From Pseudomonadota bacterium (lineage in GTDB: Bacteria > Pseudomonadota > Gammaproteobacteria > Burkholderiales > Rhodocyclaceae), in the NCBI GenBank assembly GCA_041179245.1, contig JBEGTT010000155.1, positions 1 through 52,707 of the forward strand: DNA of 52,707 nt, given 5' to 3'. How positions within the stretch are numbered: the first letter of the stretch is position 1; the number at the start of each line of letters is the position of its first letter. This document shows, piece by piece, positions 24,399-33,378 of this stretch. Below the pieces are notes generated by a model that did no database searches, was not told the DNA's origin, and worked only from the letters and a program-made list of their open reading frames with translations. The position numbers were made by a program, and so were the translations under genes.

Positions 24399-25430
24399 TC
24401 AGGATGCGGTGTTTGGGACAGTAAAACGATGGACTCCGTCGGCACTGATGTTTCGGATCAGCCGGCCAGAATTTTCAAGATGGTTCAAATGTGCAATAGC
24501 TTCGCCCATGGCAAACACAAGCTGATGGGTATCCAGCGCACGCGGAAACAAGGTTTCAAGCAAGGATGCAGCAGTTTGTGACACCTGACAGTTCTCCTCA
24601 AGCAAGCCAAGTCTCTCAGCATGATGAGATTGTAATGCCGACACGCGGTTTCGAATGCCATAAAACGGTAAACCATGTGAAGGCAACACCAACGTTTCTT
24701 CGGGGCAGTGCGCCACAAAGCACTCCAGTGACGCTAGATAACGCTCTAACGCATCATCCAGCGGGGCTACCGCAAAGATACTAATGTTGGTTGATATTCT
24801 GGGTAACAACATGTCCCCGGAAATTAACACGCCCATCTCTGGGCAGTAAAGTGCTGCGTGCTCTGGGGAATGTCCATATCCGACAATGACTTGCCAATTA
24901 TGCTTACCAATCGTGATATTTTCATGACCGATGATGCGCTGATAGGACTTGGGTAAATCGGCGACTCCCCGTTTGTAGCCATTACCCCGTTGGCGGAGGG
25001 CTTCCCGTCGTGACTCATCAAGCCCGTGCTTTTCGAATTGTTTAAGCATCGCCGCTGGCCCGTGTCCAGCTACTTCTTGGTATACGCAATGGGCGGTCAG
25101 GTATTCCCCTGCGGTCATCCATAGGCTGGCACCCGTTTTGTCCTGAAGCCACTTAGCTAGCCCGATATGGTCAGGATGGAAATGGGTTCCGATGATGCGG
25201 GTTATTGGCCCATTGAGCTGACCCAGCAAAACTTCCCAAGCCGCTTGACTTTCCGGTAGGGAAAATCCGGTATCAACCAGCGTCCAGCCATCTCCGTCAC
25301 GGATCAACCAAACGTTGATGTGATCCAACGCATAGGGCAGCGGTAAACGAACCCAGAAAATATCCTCATTGATCGGAATCCAGGTTTGATCAGCCGGATG
25401 CTTGTTAAATGGGTATGAAACAGGATGCAT
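24399..25430 (-). CDS. MBL-fold metallo-hydrolase
   Basis: 343 aa with the HxHxDH motif (HFHPDHIG). Substrate unknown. Confidence 0.85.
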   Translation of the reverse strand: MHPVSYPFNKHPADQTWIPINEDIFWVRLPLPYALDHINVWLIRDGDGWTLVDTGFSLPESQAAWEVLLGQLNGPITRIIGTHFHPDHIGLAKWLQDKTGASLWMTAGEYLTAHCVYQEVAGHGPAAMLKQFEKHGLDESRREALRQRGNGYKRGVADLPKSYQRIIGHENITIGKHNWQVIVGYGHSPEHAALYCPEMGVLISGDMLLPRISTNISIFAVAPLDDALERYLASLECFVAHCPEETLVLPSHGLPFYGIRNRVSALQSHHAERLGLLEENCQVSQTAASLLETLFPRALDTHQLVFAMGEAIAHLNHLENSGRLIRNISADGVHRFTVPNTAS

Positions 25431-25433
25431 GAC

Positions 25434-27101
25434 TTAGGCTGCCCGGTTAATACCGCTAATTAGAGCCTTGAGGGAGGCGGTGACGATATTGCTATCGACC
25501 CCGACACCATAGACGTCACCGGTATGGGCGCCAGCAACCTCCATCATCGCGCAAGCACGGGCGTTACCATCTTTACCCATGGGAACCATCGAGCGTTCTT
25601 CATAACTGCGCACCTGAATCTCAATTCCCGCGCTCTGCAAAGCATGGACGGCGGCATTGATTGGGCCGTTACCTTCGCCGTTCAATACTTTTTGCTGGCC
25701 GTTAATTTCAACCGTTAAACGAATTCCTTGGTCAGTGCCCTGTTCAAACAGATGGTGTGCGCAGTAACGAACCGGACAACTAGATTCCAAGTACGTTTCT
25801 GAAAAAAGACGCCAAATTTCATCAGCACTCACTTCGCCGCCGTGTGTGTCGGTGTGTTGTTGGACAACGCTAGAAAACTCGACCTGTAAACGACGTGGCA
25901 TCACCACGCCGTGTTCGGTTTCCATCAGATAGGCGATGCCACCTTTACCGGATTGGCTGTTAACCCGAATAACCGAATCGTAACTTCGTCCCACATCAGC
26001 CGGATCGATGGGGAGGTAGGGCACGGACCATGTGGTATCCGCTTTCTGGGCAGAAAATCCCTTTTTGATTGCGTCCTGATGGGAACCGGAGAAGGCCGTG
26101 AAAACGAGATCCCCGACATAAGGGTGACGGGGGTGAATCGGAAGCTGGGTACAGTGCTCAAAGGTACGGGCAATGGCGTTGATGTCCGAAAAGTCGAGAC
26201 CGGGATTGACGCCTTGTGTGTACATGTTCAGCGCAAGCGTAACCAAATCGACGTTGCCGGTGCGTTCTCCGTTGCCGAAAAGACACCCTTCCACGCGATC
26301 AGCGCCCGCCATCAAACCAAGCTCGGCGGCAGCAACAGCAGTACCACGGTCGTTGTGTGGGTGAAGGCTAATTAAAACACTGTTGCGGCGAGCAAGGTTT
26401 TTGTGCATCCATTCAATCTGGTCGGCGTAGATGTTCGGCGTAGCCACTTCAACGGTGGTCGGAAGATTAAGAATCACCTTGCGTTTAGGCGTTGCGCCCC
26501 AAGCGGCGGTCACCGCATCGCAGACTTCAAGTGCGAAATCCAGTTCAGTGGATGTAAAAAGTTCCGGGCTGTATTCAAGCGTGATTTTGGTGCCATCAGA
26601 TTTTTCCAATGCTTCGGCAAGCTGGCGAATGAGTTTGACCGCATCGACGGCCATGCTGACCACTTCGGCCTTACTCATCCCGAAAACGTTTTCGCGGAAG
26701 GTCTTGCTGGTGGCGTTGTAGACATGCACCACGGCTTGCTTGGCCCCCTTGAGTGATTCAAACGTACGGCGGATCAAGTGTTCACGGGCTTGGGTGAGTA
26801 CCTCGATGGATACATCGTCAGGAATGTGGCCGTCTTCGATCAGGCTGCGCACGAAATTAAATTCGGTTTCCGAGGCAGAAGGGAAAGCCACTTCAATTTC
26901 CTTGAACCCGATGTTGCAAAGCATCTTGAACATGCGCATCTTCTTGTCGCCGTTCATCGGCTCAAAAAGAGCCTGATTACCATCGCGCAAATCGGTGCTC
27001 ATCCAAACAGGAGGTTTATCGATGACGCGGCTTGGCCATTGGCGGTCCGTGAGTTGAATCGGAGCAAATGCCGGGTATTTCTGGCTGGGGTTTTGTAACA
27101 T
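25434..27101 (-). CDS. leuA: 2-isopropylmalate synthase, long form
   Basis: 555 aa. DLRDGNQAL and LHPHNDRGTAVAAAE motifs of the HMGL-like barrel, plus a C-terminal LeuA regulatory domain. Confidence 0.92.
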   Translation of the reverse strand: MLQNPSQKYPAFAPIQLTDRQWPSRVIDKPPVWMSTDLRDGNQALFEPMNGDKKMRMFKMLCNIGFKEIEVAFPSASETEFNFVRSLIEDGHIPDDVSIEVLTQAREHLIRRTFESLKGAKQAVVHVYNATSKTFRENVFGMSKAEVVSMAVDAVKLIRQLAEALEKSDGTKITLEYSPELFTSTELDFALEVCDAVTAAWGATPKRKVILNLPTTVEVATPNIYADQIEWMHKNLARRNSVLISLHPHNDRGTAVAAAELGLMAGADRVEGCLFGNGERTGNVDLVTLALNMYTQGVNPGLDFSDINAIARTFEHCTQLPIHPRHPYVGDLVFTAFSGSHQDAIKKGFSAQKADTTWSVPYLPIDPADVGRSYDSVIRVNSQSGKGGIAYLMETEHGVVMPRRLQVEFSSVVQQHTDTHGGEVSADEIWRLFSETYLESSCPVRYCAHHLFEQGTDQGIRLTVEINGQQKVLNGEGNGPINAAVHALQSAGIEIQVRSYEERSMVPMGKDGNARACAMMEVAGAHTGDVYGVGVDSNIVTASLKALISGINRAA

Positions 27102-27133
27102 GGTGCTGTTCCTGAATTATTTTTTGATGGAAG

Positions 27134-27183
27134 AATTTTAGAGAAATGTGATTGGCAGGTGCTTGCGTTATTGCTCTAAAATT
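27134..27183. promoter_or_regulatory. 10-bp perfect inverted repeat in the leuA / lrp-family divergent spacer (possible operator)
   Basis: AATTTTAGAG (27134-27143) and CTCTAAAATT (27174-27183), separated by 30 bp. AT-rich, as Lrp/AsnC-type sites are. Confidence 0.3.
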
Positions 27184-27233
27184 TGGCTATATTTGGTAGA
27201 TAATTGCTTGATGTAATTATCGTGAGCAATAAA

Positions 27234-27695
27234 ATGGAACTTGATCGATTTGACCAGCAAATTCTCGCTATTTTGCAAACCGATGGGCGGATCAGTAATC
27301 AGGATTTGGCGGATCGGATTGGGCTATCGCCATCACCTTGTTTACGCCGGGTGCGAATGCTGGAAGAAAACGGTTTGATTACCGGCTATCGGGCTATGCT
27401 GGATGCTAAAAAATTGGGCCTGAGCTTGATGGCGCTGATTGGTATTTCGATGGATCAACACACGCCGGAACGATTTGCCAATCTCGAAATGGCCATTGGT
27501 GATATTCCCGAAGTACTGGAATGTTTGCTGATTACCGGGCAACAGTCGGATTACCAACTCAAGGTGGTGATTAAGGATATGGATGCGTATCAGGATCTGT
27601 TGCTGAACAAAATTACTCGTATCCAAGGGGTTACCGGGGTCCACACCAGTTTTGTACTGCGGCGGGTTGTTGATCGAACGGTCTTGCCGACCTAG
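27234..27695 (+). CDS. Lrp/AsnC-family transcriptional regulator
   Basis: Trimmed to ATG 27234 (MELDRFDQQILAILQTDGRISNQDLADRIGLSPSPCLRRVRMLEENGLI). HTH plus an RAM/ACT-like C-domain. Confidence 0.9.
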   Translation: MELDRFDQQILAILQTDGRISNQDLADRIGLSPSPCLRRVRMLEENGLITGYRAMLDAKKLGLSLMALIGISMDQHTPERFANLEMAIGDIPEVLECLLITGQQSDYQLKVVIKDMDAYQDLLLNKITRIQGVTGVHTSFVLRRVVDRTVLPT

Positions 27696-27768
27696 AATGG
27701 ACTTCTCTCGCCAGCCAGCCGCGTTTTGCCAGCCAGCTAGACTTTCCCACTGTATCTAGGAGAAACAC

Positions 27769-28254
27769 ATGAAAGGCGACAAAAAAATTATCGACATCCT
27801 CAACAGCTTGCTAACGGGCGAGTTGACGGCGGTTGACCAGTATCTGATTCACGGTGAGATGTATGCAGACTTTGGTTTGCCTCAATTGGCAGAAAAAAGT
27901 TTGCATGAGTCCGATCACGAGCGCCAACACGCCCGCGCCCTGATTCAGCGGATTCTGTTCCTAGAAGGCAAACCTAATCTGGCCAAGCGCGACAAGTTGG
28001 ACGTTGGGGAAAATGTTCCAGAAATGCTAAAGGCGGATCTAGCAGTTGAATATCACGTCGTCACAGAACTCAAAAAAGCCATTGCTGCGGCTGAAAAAGC
28101 TCAGGATTACGTGACCCGTGACATGCTGGCGGTTCAACTCGAAGATACCGAGATGGATCACGCTTACTTCCTCGAAAAACAGATTCGCCTGATTGAACTC
28201 GTCGGCTTGCAGAATTACCAGCAAAGCCAGATGAAGTCCGGTAATCCAGCCTAA
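27769..28254 (+). CDS. bfr: Bacterioferritin subunit, ferroxidase-competent, lacking the heme-ligand Met
   Basis: 161 aa, [12 protein letters not shown]... E18, Y25, E51, H54 and E94 are present, as is the distal E/H pair (TEMDH, offset by one residue). Position 52 is Arg rather than Met. Confidence 0.9.
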   Translation: MKGDKKIIDILNSLLTGELTAVDQYLIHGEMYADFGLPQLAEKSLHESDHERQHARALIQRILFLEGKPNLAKRDKLDVGENVPEMLKADLAVEYHVVTELKKAIAAAEKAQDYVTRDMLAVQLEDTEMDHAYFLEKQIRLIELVGLQNYQQSQMKSGNPA

Positions 28255-28264
28255 GGGGAATGTG

Positions 28265-28732
28265 ATGCAAGGCGATAAGAAAGTCATTGATGCCCTGAAC
28301 AAGGTGCTTAAAAACGAGCTGACGGCGATTAACCAGTATTTCCTGCATGCCCGTATGTTCCGCCATTGGGGGCTGGAAAAGCTAAAGGACTATCAGTACA
28401 AACAATCCATTCGCGTGATGAAAGAAGCGGATGAAGTGATCGAGCGGGTGCTGTTCTTGGAAGGACTGCCCAACCTACAAAACCTCGGCAAGCTGCTGAT
28501 TGGGGAAGAGGTTGTTGAATGCTTGTCTGGTGATCTGACTTACGAACGCGAGATTCAACGTCCGCTGCTGATTGAATCCATCGCCTTGTGCGAAGAACGG
28601 CAGGATTACATTAGCCGGGATTTGCTGGAAGAGTTACTGGAACACTGTGAAGAAGCGATTGACTGGCTGGAAACACAGCAGAGTTTGATCAAGGAAGTCA
28701 CGTTGCCAAATTATCTACAGTCCCACATCTAA
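28265..28732 (+). CDS. bfr: Bacterioferritin subunit, heme-binding type with a degenerate ferroxidase centre
   Basis: 155 aa from ATG 28265 ([12 protein letters not shown]...). Met52 retained. E51 is Val, H54 is Glu, and the E127/H130 equivalents are Cys/Ala. Confidence 0.9.
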   Translation: MQGDKKVIDALNKVLKNELTAINQYFLHARMFRHWGLEKLKDYQYKQSIRVMKEADEVIERVLFLEGLPNLQNLGKLLIGEEVVECLSGDLTYEREIQRPLLIESIALCEERQDYISRDLLEELLEHCEEAIDWLETQQSLIKEVTLPNYLQSHI

Positions 28733-28733
28733 T

Positions 28734-28772
28734 AAAAAAACCGCAGCTCGGGAAACTGGCTGCGGTTTTTTG
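28734..28772. terminator. Bidirectional terminator between convergent bfr and dps
   Basis: AAAAAAA-CCGCAGC...GCTGCGG-TTTTTT hairpin flanked by an A-run and a T-run. Confidence 0.7.
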
Positions 28773-28788
28773 TTGGCGGTGAGCTCAG

Positions 28789-29283
28789 TTACTCTTCTAA
28801 CAAGCTACGCAGCATCCAAGCAGTTTTTTCGTGTACTTCCAAACGTTGGGTAATCAGGTCAGCCGTCGGCTGGTCATTAGCCGCTTCCAGCACTGGGAAG
28901 AGTTTGCGAGCGGTACGGGCAGTGGCTTCTTGAGCGGCCACCAAATGGCGAACCATTTCATCAGCTTTGGGTACACCTTCGACCTCCTTGATCGAGGCTA
29001 GTTTTACAAACTCCTTGTAGGTACCCGGTGCTGGGTGACCCAGTGCGCGAATACGTTCAGCAATCATGTCCAGCGCGTTCCATTGTTCCGTGTATTGCCC
29101 CATAAACATCAGATGCAGGCTGTTGAACTGCGGCCCTTTGACGTTCCAATGAAAGTTGTGGGTCATCAAATACAAGGTGTAACTATCCGCCAGCAGAGAC
29201 GATAAACCTTTAACGATTTTGCCGCGTTCCGTGGCGTTGATGCCAATGTCGATGGACGGGGTCTGGTCTTTCTTGGTAGCCAT
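28789..29283 (-). CDS. dps: Dps (DNA-protecting mini-ferritin)
   Basis: Trimmed to ATG 29283 (MATKKDQ...), which is preceded by AGGAGAAAATT. Dps motifs HNFHWNVKG and DMIAERIRALG. Confidence 0.92.
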   Translation of the reverse strand: MATKKDQTPSIDIGINATERGKIVKGLSSLLADSYTLYLMTHNFHWNVKGPQFNSLHLMFMGQYTEQWNALDMIAERIRALGHPAPGTYKEFVKLASIKEVEGVPKADEMVRHLVAAQEATARTARKLFPVLEAANDQPTADLITQRLEVHEKTAWMLRSLLEE

Positions 29284-29358
29284 AATTTTCTCCTGAGTGA
29301 GTTCGAGCAAGTTGAGTTTAGGCCTGCATTTGGTTGTTGACAATAGTTCTCAATAGCG

Positions 29359-29373
29359 TGAGAATGATTCTCA
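29359..29373. promoter_or_regulatory. Fur-box-like 7-1-7 palindrome overlapping the predicted bfd promoter
   Basis: TGAGAATGATTCTCA is a perfect 7-1-7 inverted repeat resembling the Fur core TGATAATnATTATCA. It overlaps a candidate -10 (GAGAAT, 29360-29365) placed 17 nt after TTGACA (29337-29342), 22 nt upstream of the bfd ATG. Confidence 0.55.
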
Positions 29374-29394
29374 ACAAGGCCCTGTGAGGTGATT

Positions 29395-29595
29395 ATGTAC
29401 GTATGTATTTGCAAAGGTGTGACTGAGCGACACATTCATCAGGCTGCGCGGGATGGCGCTAAAACCCTGAAAGATTTACGGCGCGATCTAGGTGTTACCT
29501 TGGACTGTGGGCGGTGTGCCGGGTGCGCAAATCAATGCCTGAAAAAAGCCTGTGCTGGTGGTAACGAAGCCGGTCAGTACTCGTTGGTTGGGTAG
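29395..29595 (+). CDS. bfd: Bacterioferritin-associated ferredoxin (BFD-like [2Fe-2S])
   Basis: 66 aa. MYVCICKGVTERHI...CGRCAGC, i.e. the CxC...CxxC pattern of Bfd. GAGGTG Shine-Dalgarno upstream. Confidence 0.88.
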   Translation: MYVCICKGVTERHIHQAARDGAKTLKDLRRDLGVTLDCGRCAGCANQCLKKACAGGNEAGQYSLVG

Positions 29596-29626
29596 TGGTG
29601 ATTGCTCATCGATAATCAGGAGCATG

Positions 29627-30799
29627 TTAACCAGATACTCCCAATCGCCATAGTGACGTAATTTCTTTTGAGCGTGCGCTAAACAGGGGGTCTTCCCGAT
29701 CAAACGCTTTGCCATGTTTGGGTCGGGTGTCGATACGGTCAATAACTGTCAAGCCAGCAGCTTCAATCCATCCTAGCAAGGTTTCGCGGCCGCGTAGTTT
29801 TAGGTGTTCGGCAAGATCAGAAATAATTAGCCAGCCTTCGCCGTTGTTGTTCAAGTGTTCCGCCAAACCACTCAGAAATCCGCGCAACATCTGGCTATCC
29901 GGGTCATAAAGTGCATACTCGATGGCGGCATTGGCTTTGGCCGGTAGCCACGGAGGGTTGCAGACGATCAGATCAGCTTTAGCGCTTGGGAAAAGATTGG
30001 CTTCAACAATTGACACTTGTTGAGCAAAGCCTAAGCGCTGAATGTTTGCCGTGGAACACGCTAAAGCACGCGGGTCTTGGTCGGTGGCGATAATGTTTTT
30101 GACACCACACTGGGCTAATACGGCAGACAAAATCCCGGAGCCAACGCCAATGTCGATCGCTGTGCCACCATTAAGCACCGCCGCTGGCAAGGGTGCGTTA
30201 GCGACCAAATCCACGTATTCACCCCGTACAGGTGAAAACACACCGTAATGCGGGTGAATCGACTTACCGCCCAGCGCATTCACAGGAACCCCATTTTTGC
30301 GCCATTCGTGTGCGCCAATAATGCCGAGGAGTTCACGTAGAGAAACGATCGAATCGATGGAACTCGGCGTTTCAGCATTGGCAATACCATAGGCTTCCTC
30401 GCAGGCTTGGGCTACGTCCTGAGCGCGTCGCAACGGAATGGTGTAATCCGCGTTGAGCGGAACAATCAGCATTCCCAGCGTGCGGGCGCGTTGCGCTTGT
30501 GCTTGGCGGTGAAGGTGGAAGGCTGCTGGAAATTCGGGGGCCGCAGAGTTTTTTTTGCCTTTGCCGCGCTGATCCATGCGCCGAGCCATCGCTTGCAACA
30601 ACTGACGAGCATTTTGGTAATCCCCGCGCCACAGCAAAGCCGTGCCTTCAGAAGCCAAGCGGTACGCAGCATCAGCGGTCAGTGTGTCATCGGCAATCTG
30701 CACTCGCTTGGGTGGCGGCGATCCATTTTCAGAACGCCATAACGCGCTGTGGATTTCGCCGTTTTCGGCCCAAGAAATTTCTAGTGTGGGTTGATTCAA
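29627..30799 (-). CDS. Class I SAM-dependent methyltransferase with an NPPW motif and an uncharacterised 180-aa N-domain
   Basis: 390 aa. Motif I IDIGVGSGIL and motif IV VCNPPW (amino-group methyltransferase type). The only start available is a TTG overlapping the upstream TGA (TTGA). Confidence 0.75.
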   Translation of the reverse strand: MNQPTLEISWAENGEIHSALWRSENGSPPPKRVQIADDTLTADAAYRLASEGTALLWRGDYQNARQLLQAMARRMDQRGKGKKNSAAPEFPAAFHLHRQAQAQRARTLGMLIVPLNADYTIPLRRAQDVAQACEEAYGIANAETPSSIDSIVSLRELLGIIGAHEWRKNGVPVNALGGKSIHPHYGVFSPVRGEYVDLVANAPLPAAVLNGGTAIDIGVGSGILSAVLAQCGVKNIIATDQDPRALACSTANIQRLGFAQQVSIVEANLFPSAKADLIVCNPPWLPAKANAAIEYALYDPDSQMLRGFLSGLAEHLNNNGEGWLIISDLAEHLKLRGRETLLGWIEAAGLTVIDRIDTRPKHGKAFDREDPLFSARSKEITSLWRLGVSG

Positions 30800-31518
30800 G
30801 CGTTTTGATTCCTGTTTGGGGTGCTTCTTTGCAGAAAGCTCAGAATGCTTTCCATCAAATGATGGATCGATTGATAGTGACCAGTGTTTGCGGACAGGAT
30901 TTCTTCCGCTGTTTGCACATATTTTGAAGAGACTAATTCATCACCGCAGTGAGCGATGATGTCCTTAGCTGATTCCGGCGTTGTTTCAAGGTGAAATTGC
31001 AGCCCAATGACAGATTCACCCAGTTGGAACGCTTGGTTCTCACAACCTTCGCTCTTGGCAAGCGGGATGGCCTCAGGCGGCAAATCAAATGTTTCGCCGT
31101 GCCAGTGAAAGACAGTTTCCATTGCCGGAAATTTGAAAGCTTTACTAGCGCCAGAGATCACCGCATGAATGGGAAACCAGCCAATTTCTTTGGCAGGATT
31201 AGGAAAAACACTTGCTCCCATCGCGTTGGCAATAAGTTGAGCGCCGAGACAAATCCCTAAAACGGGGATGCCGGCTGCGATAACTTCGCGGACAAACTGT
31301 TTTTCTAATGTTAGCCAAGAAAATTTATCCTCATCATTAACGCTCATAGGACCACCCATGATGATTAATAAATCGATAGCGTTAGTGGCCGGTAACTCGG
31401 TTGATTCAAAAAAACGGGTGCTAGTCAGTTGATATCCTTGGGCGAGTAACCAAGGCTCAATACTGCCAAGTCCTTCAAATGGGACGTGCTGAAGAAAGTG
31501 AGCGCGCAGCTTTTTCAT
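30796..31518 (-). CDS. Class I glutamine amidotransferase-like protein (stand-alone GuaA-N type)
   Basis: Trimmed to [11 protein letters not shown]... Nucleophile elbow GICLGAQ and LQFHLE His/Glu. The start is uncertain; ATG 31569 is also possible. Confidence 0.8.
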   Translation of the reverse strand: MKKLRAHFLQHVPFEGLGSIEPWLLAQGYQLTSTRFFESTELPATNAIDLLIIMGGPMSVNDEDKFSWLTLEKQFVREVIAAGIPVLGICLGAQLIANAMGASVFPNPAKEIGWFPIHAVISGASKAFKFPAMETVFHWHGETFDLPPEAIPLAKSEGCENQAFQLGESVIGLQFHLETTPESAKDIIAHCGDELVSSKYVQTAEEILSANTGHYQSIHHLMESILSFLQRSTPNRNQNA

Positions 31519-31610
31519 GGGGTTGCCGAAACTTCGATGAAGATGCTGTCGATTGGAACACCGAACCATCTTGGACGGAAGCGGTCAGACTCAATAAGGA
31601 GGAAAACATC

Positions 31611-31787
31611 ATGAAAACTTATCTGTGTATTGCCTGCGGGTTTATCTACGACGAAGCCGTTGGCGACCCCGAACACGGCATTTTGCCGGGAACCCGTTGG
31701 GAAGATGTCCCGGAAGATTGGAACTGCCCTGAATGCGGGAGTTCCAAGGGGGACTTTGAAATGGTGGTGATTGAGGGCGGAGAGTGA
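31611..31787 (+). CDS. Rubredoxin
   Basis: 58 aa from ATG 31611, preceded by [17 protein letters not shown]...WNCPECG provides two CxxC pairs. Confidence 0.92.
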   Translation: MKTYLCIACGFIYDEAVGDPEHGILPGTRWEDVPEDWNCPECGSSKGDFEMVVIEGGE

Positions 31788-31800
31788 AAATTGGCTTTTA

Positions 31801-33366
31801 CTACCACTTCCCAAGCGGCCCCAAAAACGCTTCAGCATTTTTGTAACCCACGACGCGCAAACTGCGAATTTCTTGCCCGTTGGCGTCAAAGAAGATAATT
31901 CCAGGCGGGCCAAACAGGTCGAAGCGCTTGAGCAGGGCGGCATCGTCGGTGCTGTTGGCGGTGACATCGGCTTGTAGCAGAACGACCTCTTTTAACGCGG
32001 CTTGCACCTTGGGGTCGGTGAAGGTGAATTTCTCCATTTCTTTGCAACTGACGCACCAGTCGGCGTAAAAATCGAGCATCACGGGGCGTTTAGCGGTGCT
32101 CAGTTTCTGTTCCAGTTCGGCGACGGTATGTACGCGCTCGAAAGGTAGGGCAGATTGGTGTGAAGCGCTGGAGTTACCGGTAATCGAAGGTAAAACGGGA
32201 TACACCAGCCAAGCGGCGGTCGCCAGCAATAACACACCAAAGAAGCGCTTGACCCATTCCATCCACGGGCCAGCTTTGGGCAATAAAGTACCAGCGGACA
32301 AACCGACTAGCAACAAAGGAACACCCATGCCAAGGGCCATCACGAACAAGGCTGTGCCACCAAACACAGCATCACCCGTTTGTCCGATGTAAAGCAGCGC
32401 ACCGGCCAGTGGCGCTGCGACGCAAGGGCCGACGATTAACGCCGACAGCGCACCCATGCCGAATAACCCCAGCCATTGACCACCGGGCAAGCGATTGGCG
32501 GATTCGGACAATTTACCTTGCAAACTCGCAGGCAGTTGTAGTTCGTAAAAGCCGAACATCGAAAAGGACAGCGCGACGAAAATCAAGGCAAAGCTGCCTA
32601 GAACCCAAATATTTTGTAGGGCGGCTGAGAGCAATGTTCCCGTTAAACCGGCAGCAACCCCAGCGATGGCGTAAGTGGTTGCCATACCTAAAACGTAGGC
32701 CAGCGACAGGCCAAAGTTATGCCAGCGACCAGTGTGCCCACGCCCCACGATGATGCCGGACAAGATCGGAATCATGGGCAGAATGCAAGGTGTCAGGGAC
32801 AAACCTAACCCCGCAACGAAGAAAAACAGCAAAGCGACGCTTAGACTACTGCCCGACAGAATGGCAGCGATGGCTGAAGTTTCATCAACTTGCGGTGGAA
32901 GAGATGGCGAGGGTTCTATGGTTTGTACCGCAACCTTGGCAGGCAATTTAACGGTGAGGATTTGGGTTTGTGGTGGATAACAAAGCCCAGCATCTGCACA
33001 GCCTTGGGCGGTTATAGAAAGCTTGAGCGTTTCATCATCGGTATTGCCCTGTAATGGAATCGTCGCTTTGAGTTCTTTGTAGAACACCGCAACGGCACCA
33101 AAATTTTCATCCTGTTTTTGCTTGCCAGCCGGCATTTCAGGTTTGCTCAAGGTGACGCTGTTGGGTGGATCAATCAACTTGATTTTCAGTTTGTCACGGT
33201 AGAGGTAATACCCTTTGGCAATCTCGTAGCGAACTTCCAGCGTTTGGCGGTCAATGGCCCGCAAGCTCGGCTTGAAGGCAACAGCCGGATCAAGGAATTC
33301 TTGGGCACTAGACAGTCCAGGAATGAGTTGCAGAACCAGAATGAAAACTTTAATGAAACGAAGCAT
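31801..33366 (-). CDS. dsbD: Thiol:disulfide interchange protein DsbD
   Basis: 521 aa. Signal peptide, alpha-domain Cys pair (GCADAGLCYPP), membrane Cys residues (LTPCILP, IVGPCVAAP) and a C-terminal thioredoxin CxxC (WCVSC). Confidence 0.93.
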   Translation of the reverse strand: MLRFIKVFILVLQLIPGLSSAQEFLDPAVAFKPSLRAIDRQTLEVRYEIAKGYYLYRDKLKIKLIDPPNSVTLSKPEMPAGKQKQDENFGAVAVFYKELKATIPLQGNTDDETLKLSITAQGCADAGLCYPPQTQILTVKLPAKVAVQTIEPSPSLPPQVDETSAIAAILSGSSLSVALLFFFVAGLGLSLTPCILPMIPILSGIIVGRGHTGRWHNFGLSLAYVLGMATTYAIAGVAAGLTGTLLSAALQNIWVLGSFALIFVALSFSMFGFYELQLPASLQGKLSESANRLPGGQWLGLFGMGALSALIVGPCVAAPLAGALLYIGQTGDAVFGGTALFVMALGMGVPLLLVGLSAGTLLPKAGPWMEWVKRFFGVLLLATAAWLVYPVLPSITGNSSASHQSALPFERVHTVAELEQKLSTAKRPVMLDFYADWCVSCKEMEKFTFTDPKVQAALKEVVLLQADVTANSTDDAALLKRFDLFGPPGIIFFDANGQEIRSLRVVGYKNAEAFLGPLGKW

Positions 33367-33378
33367 GGGTGTTATCCA

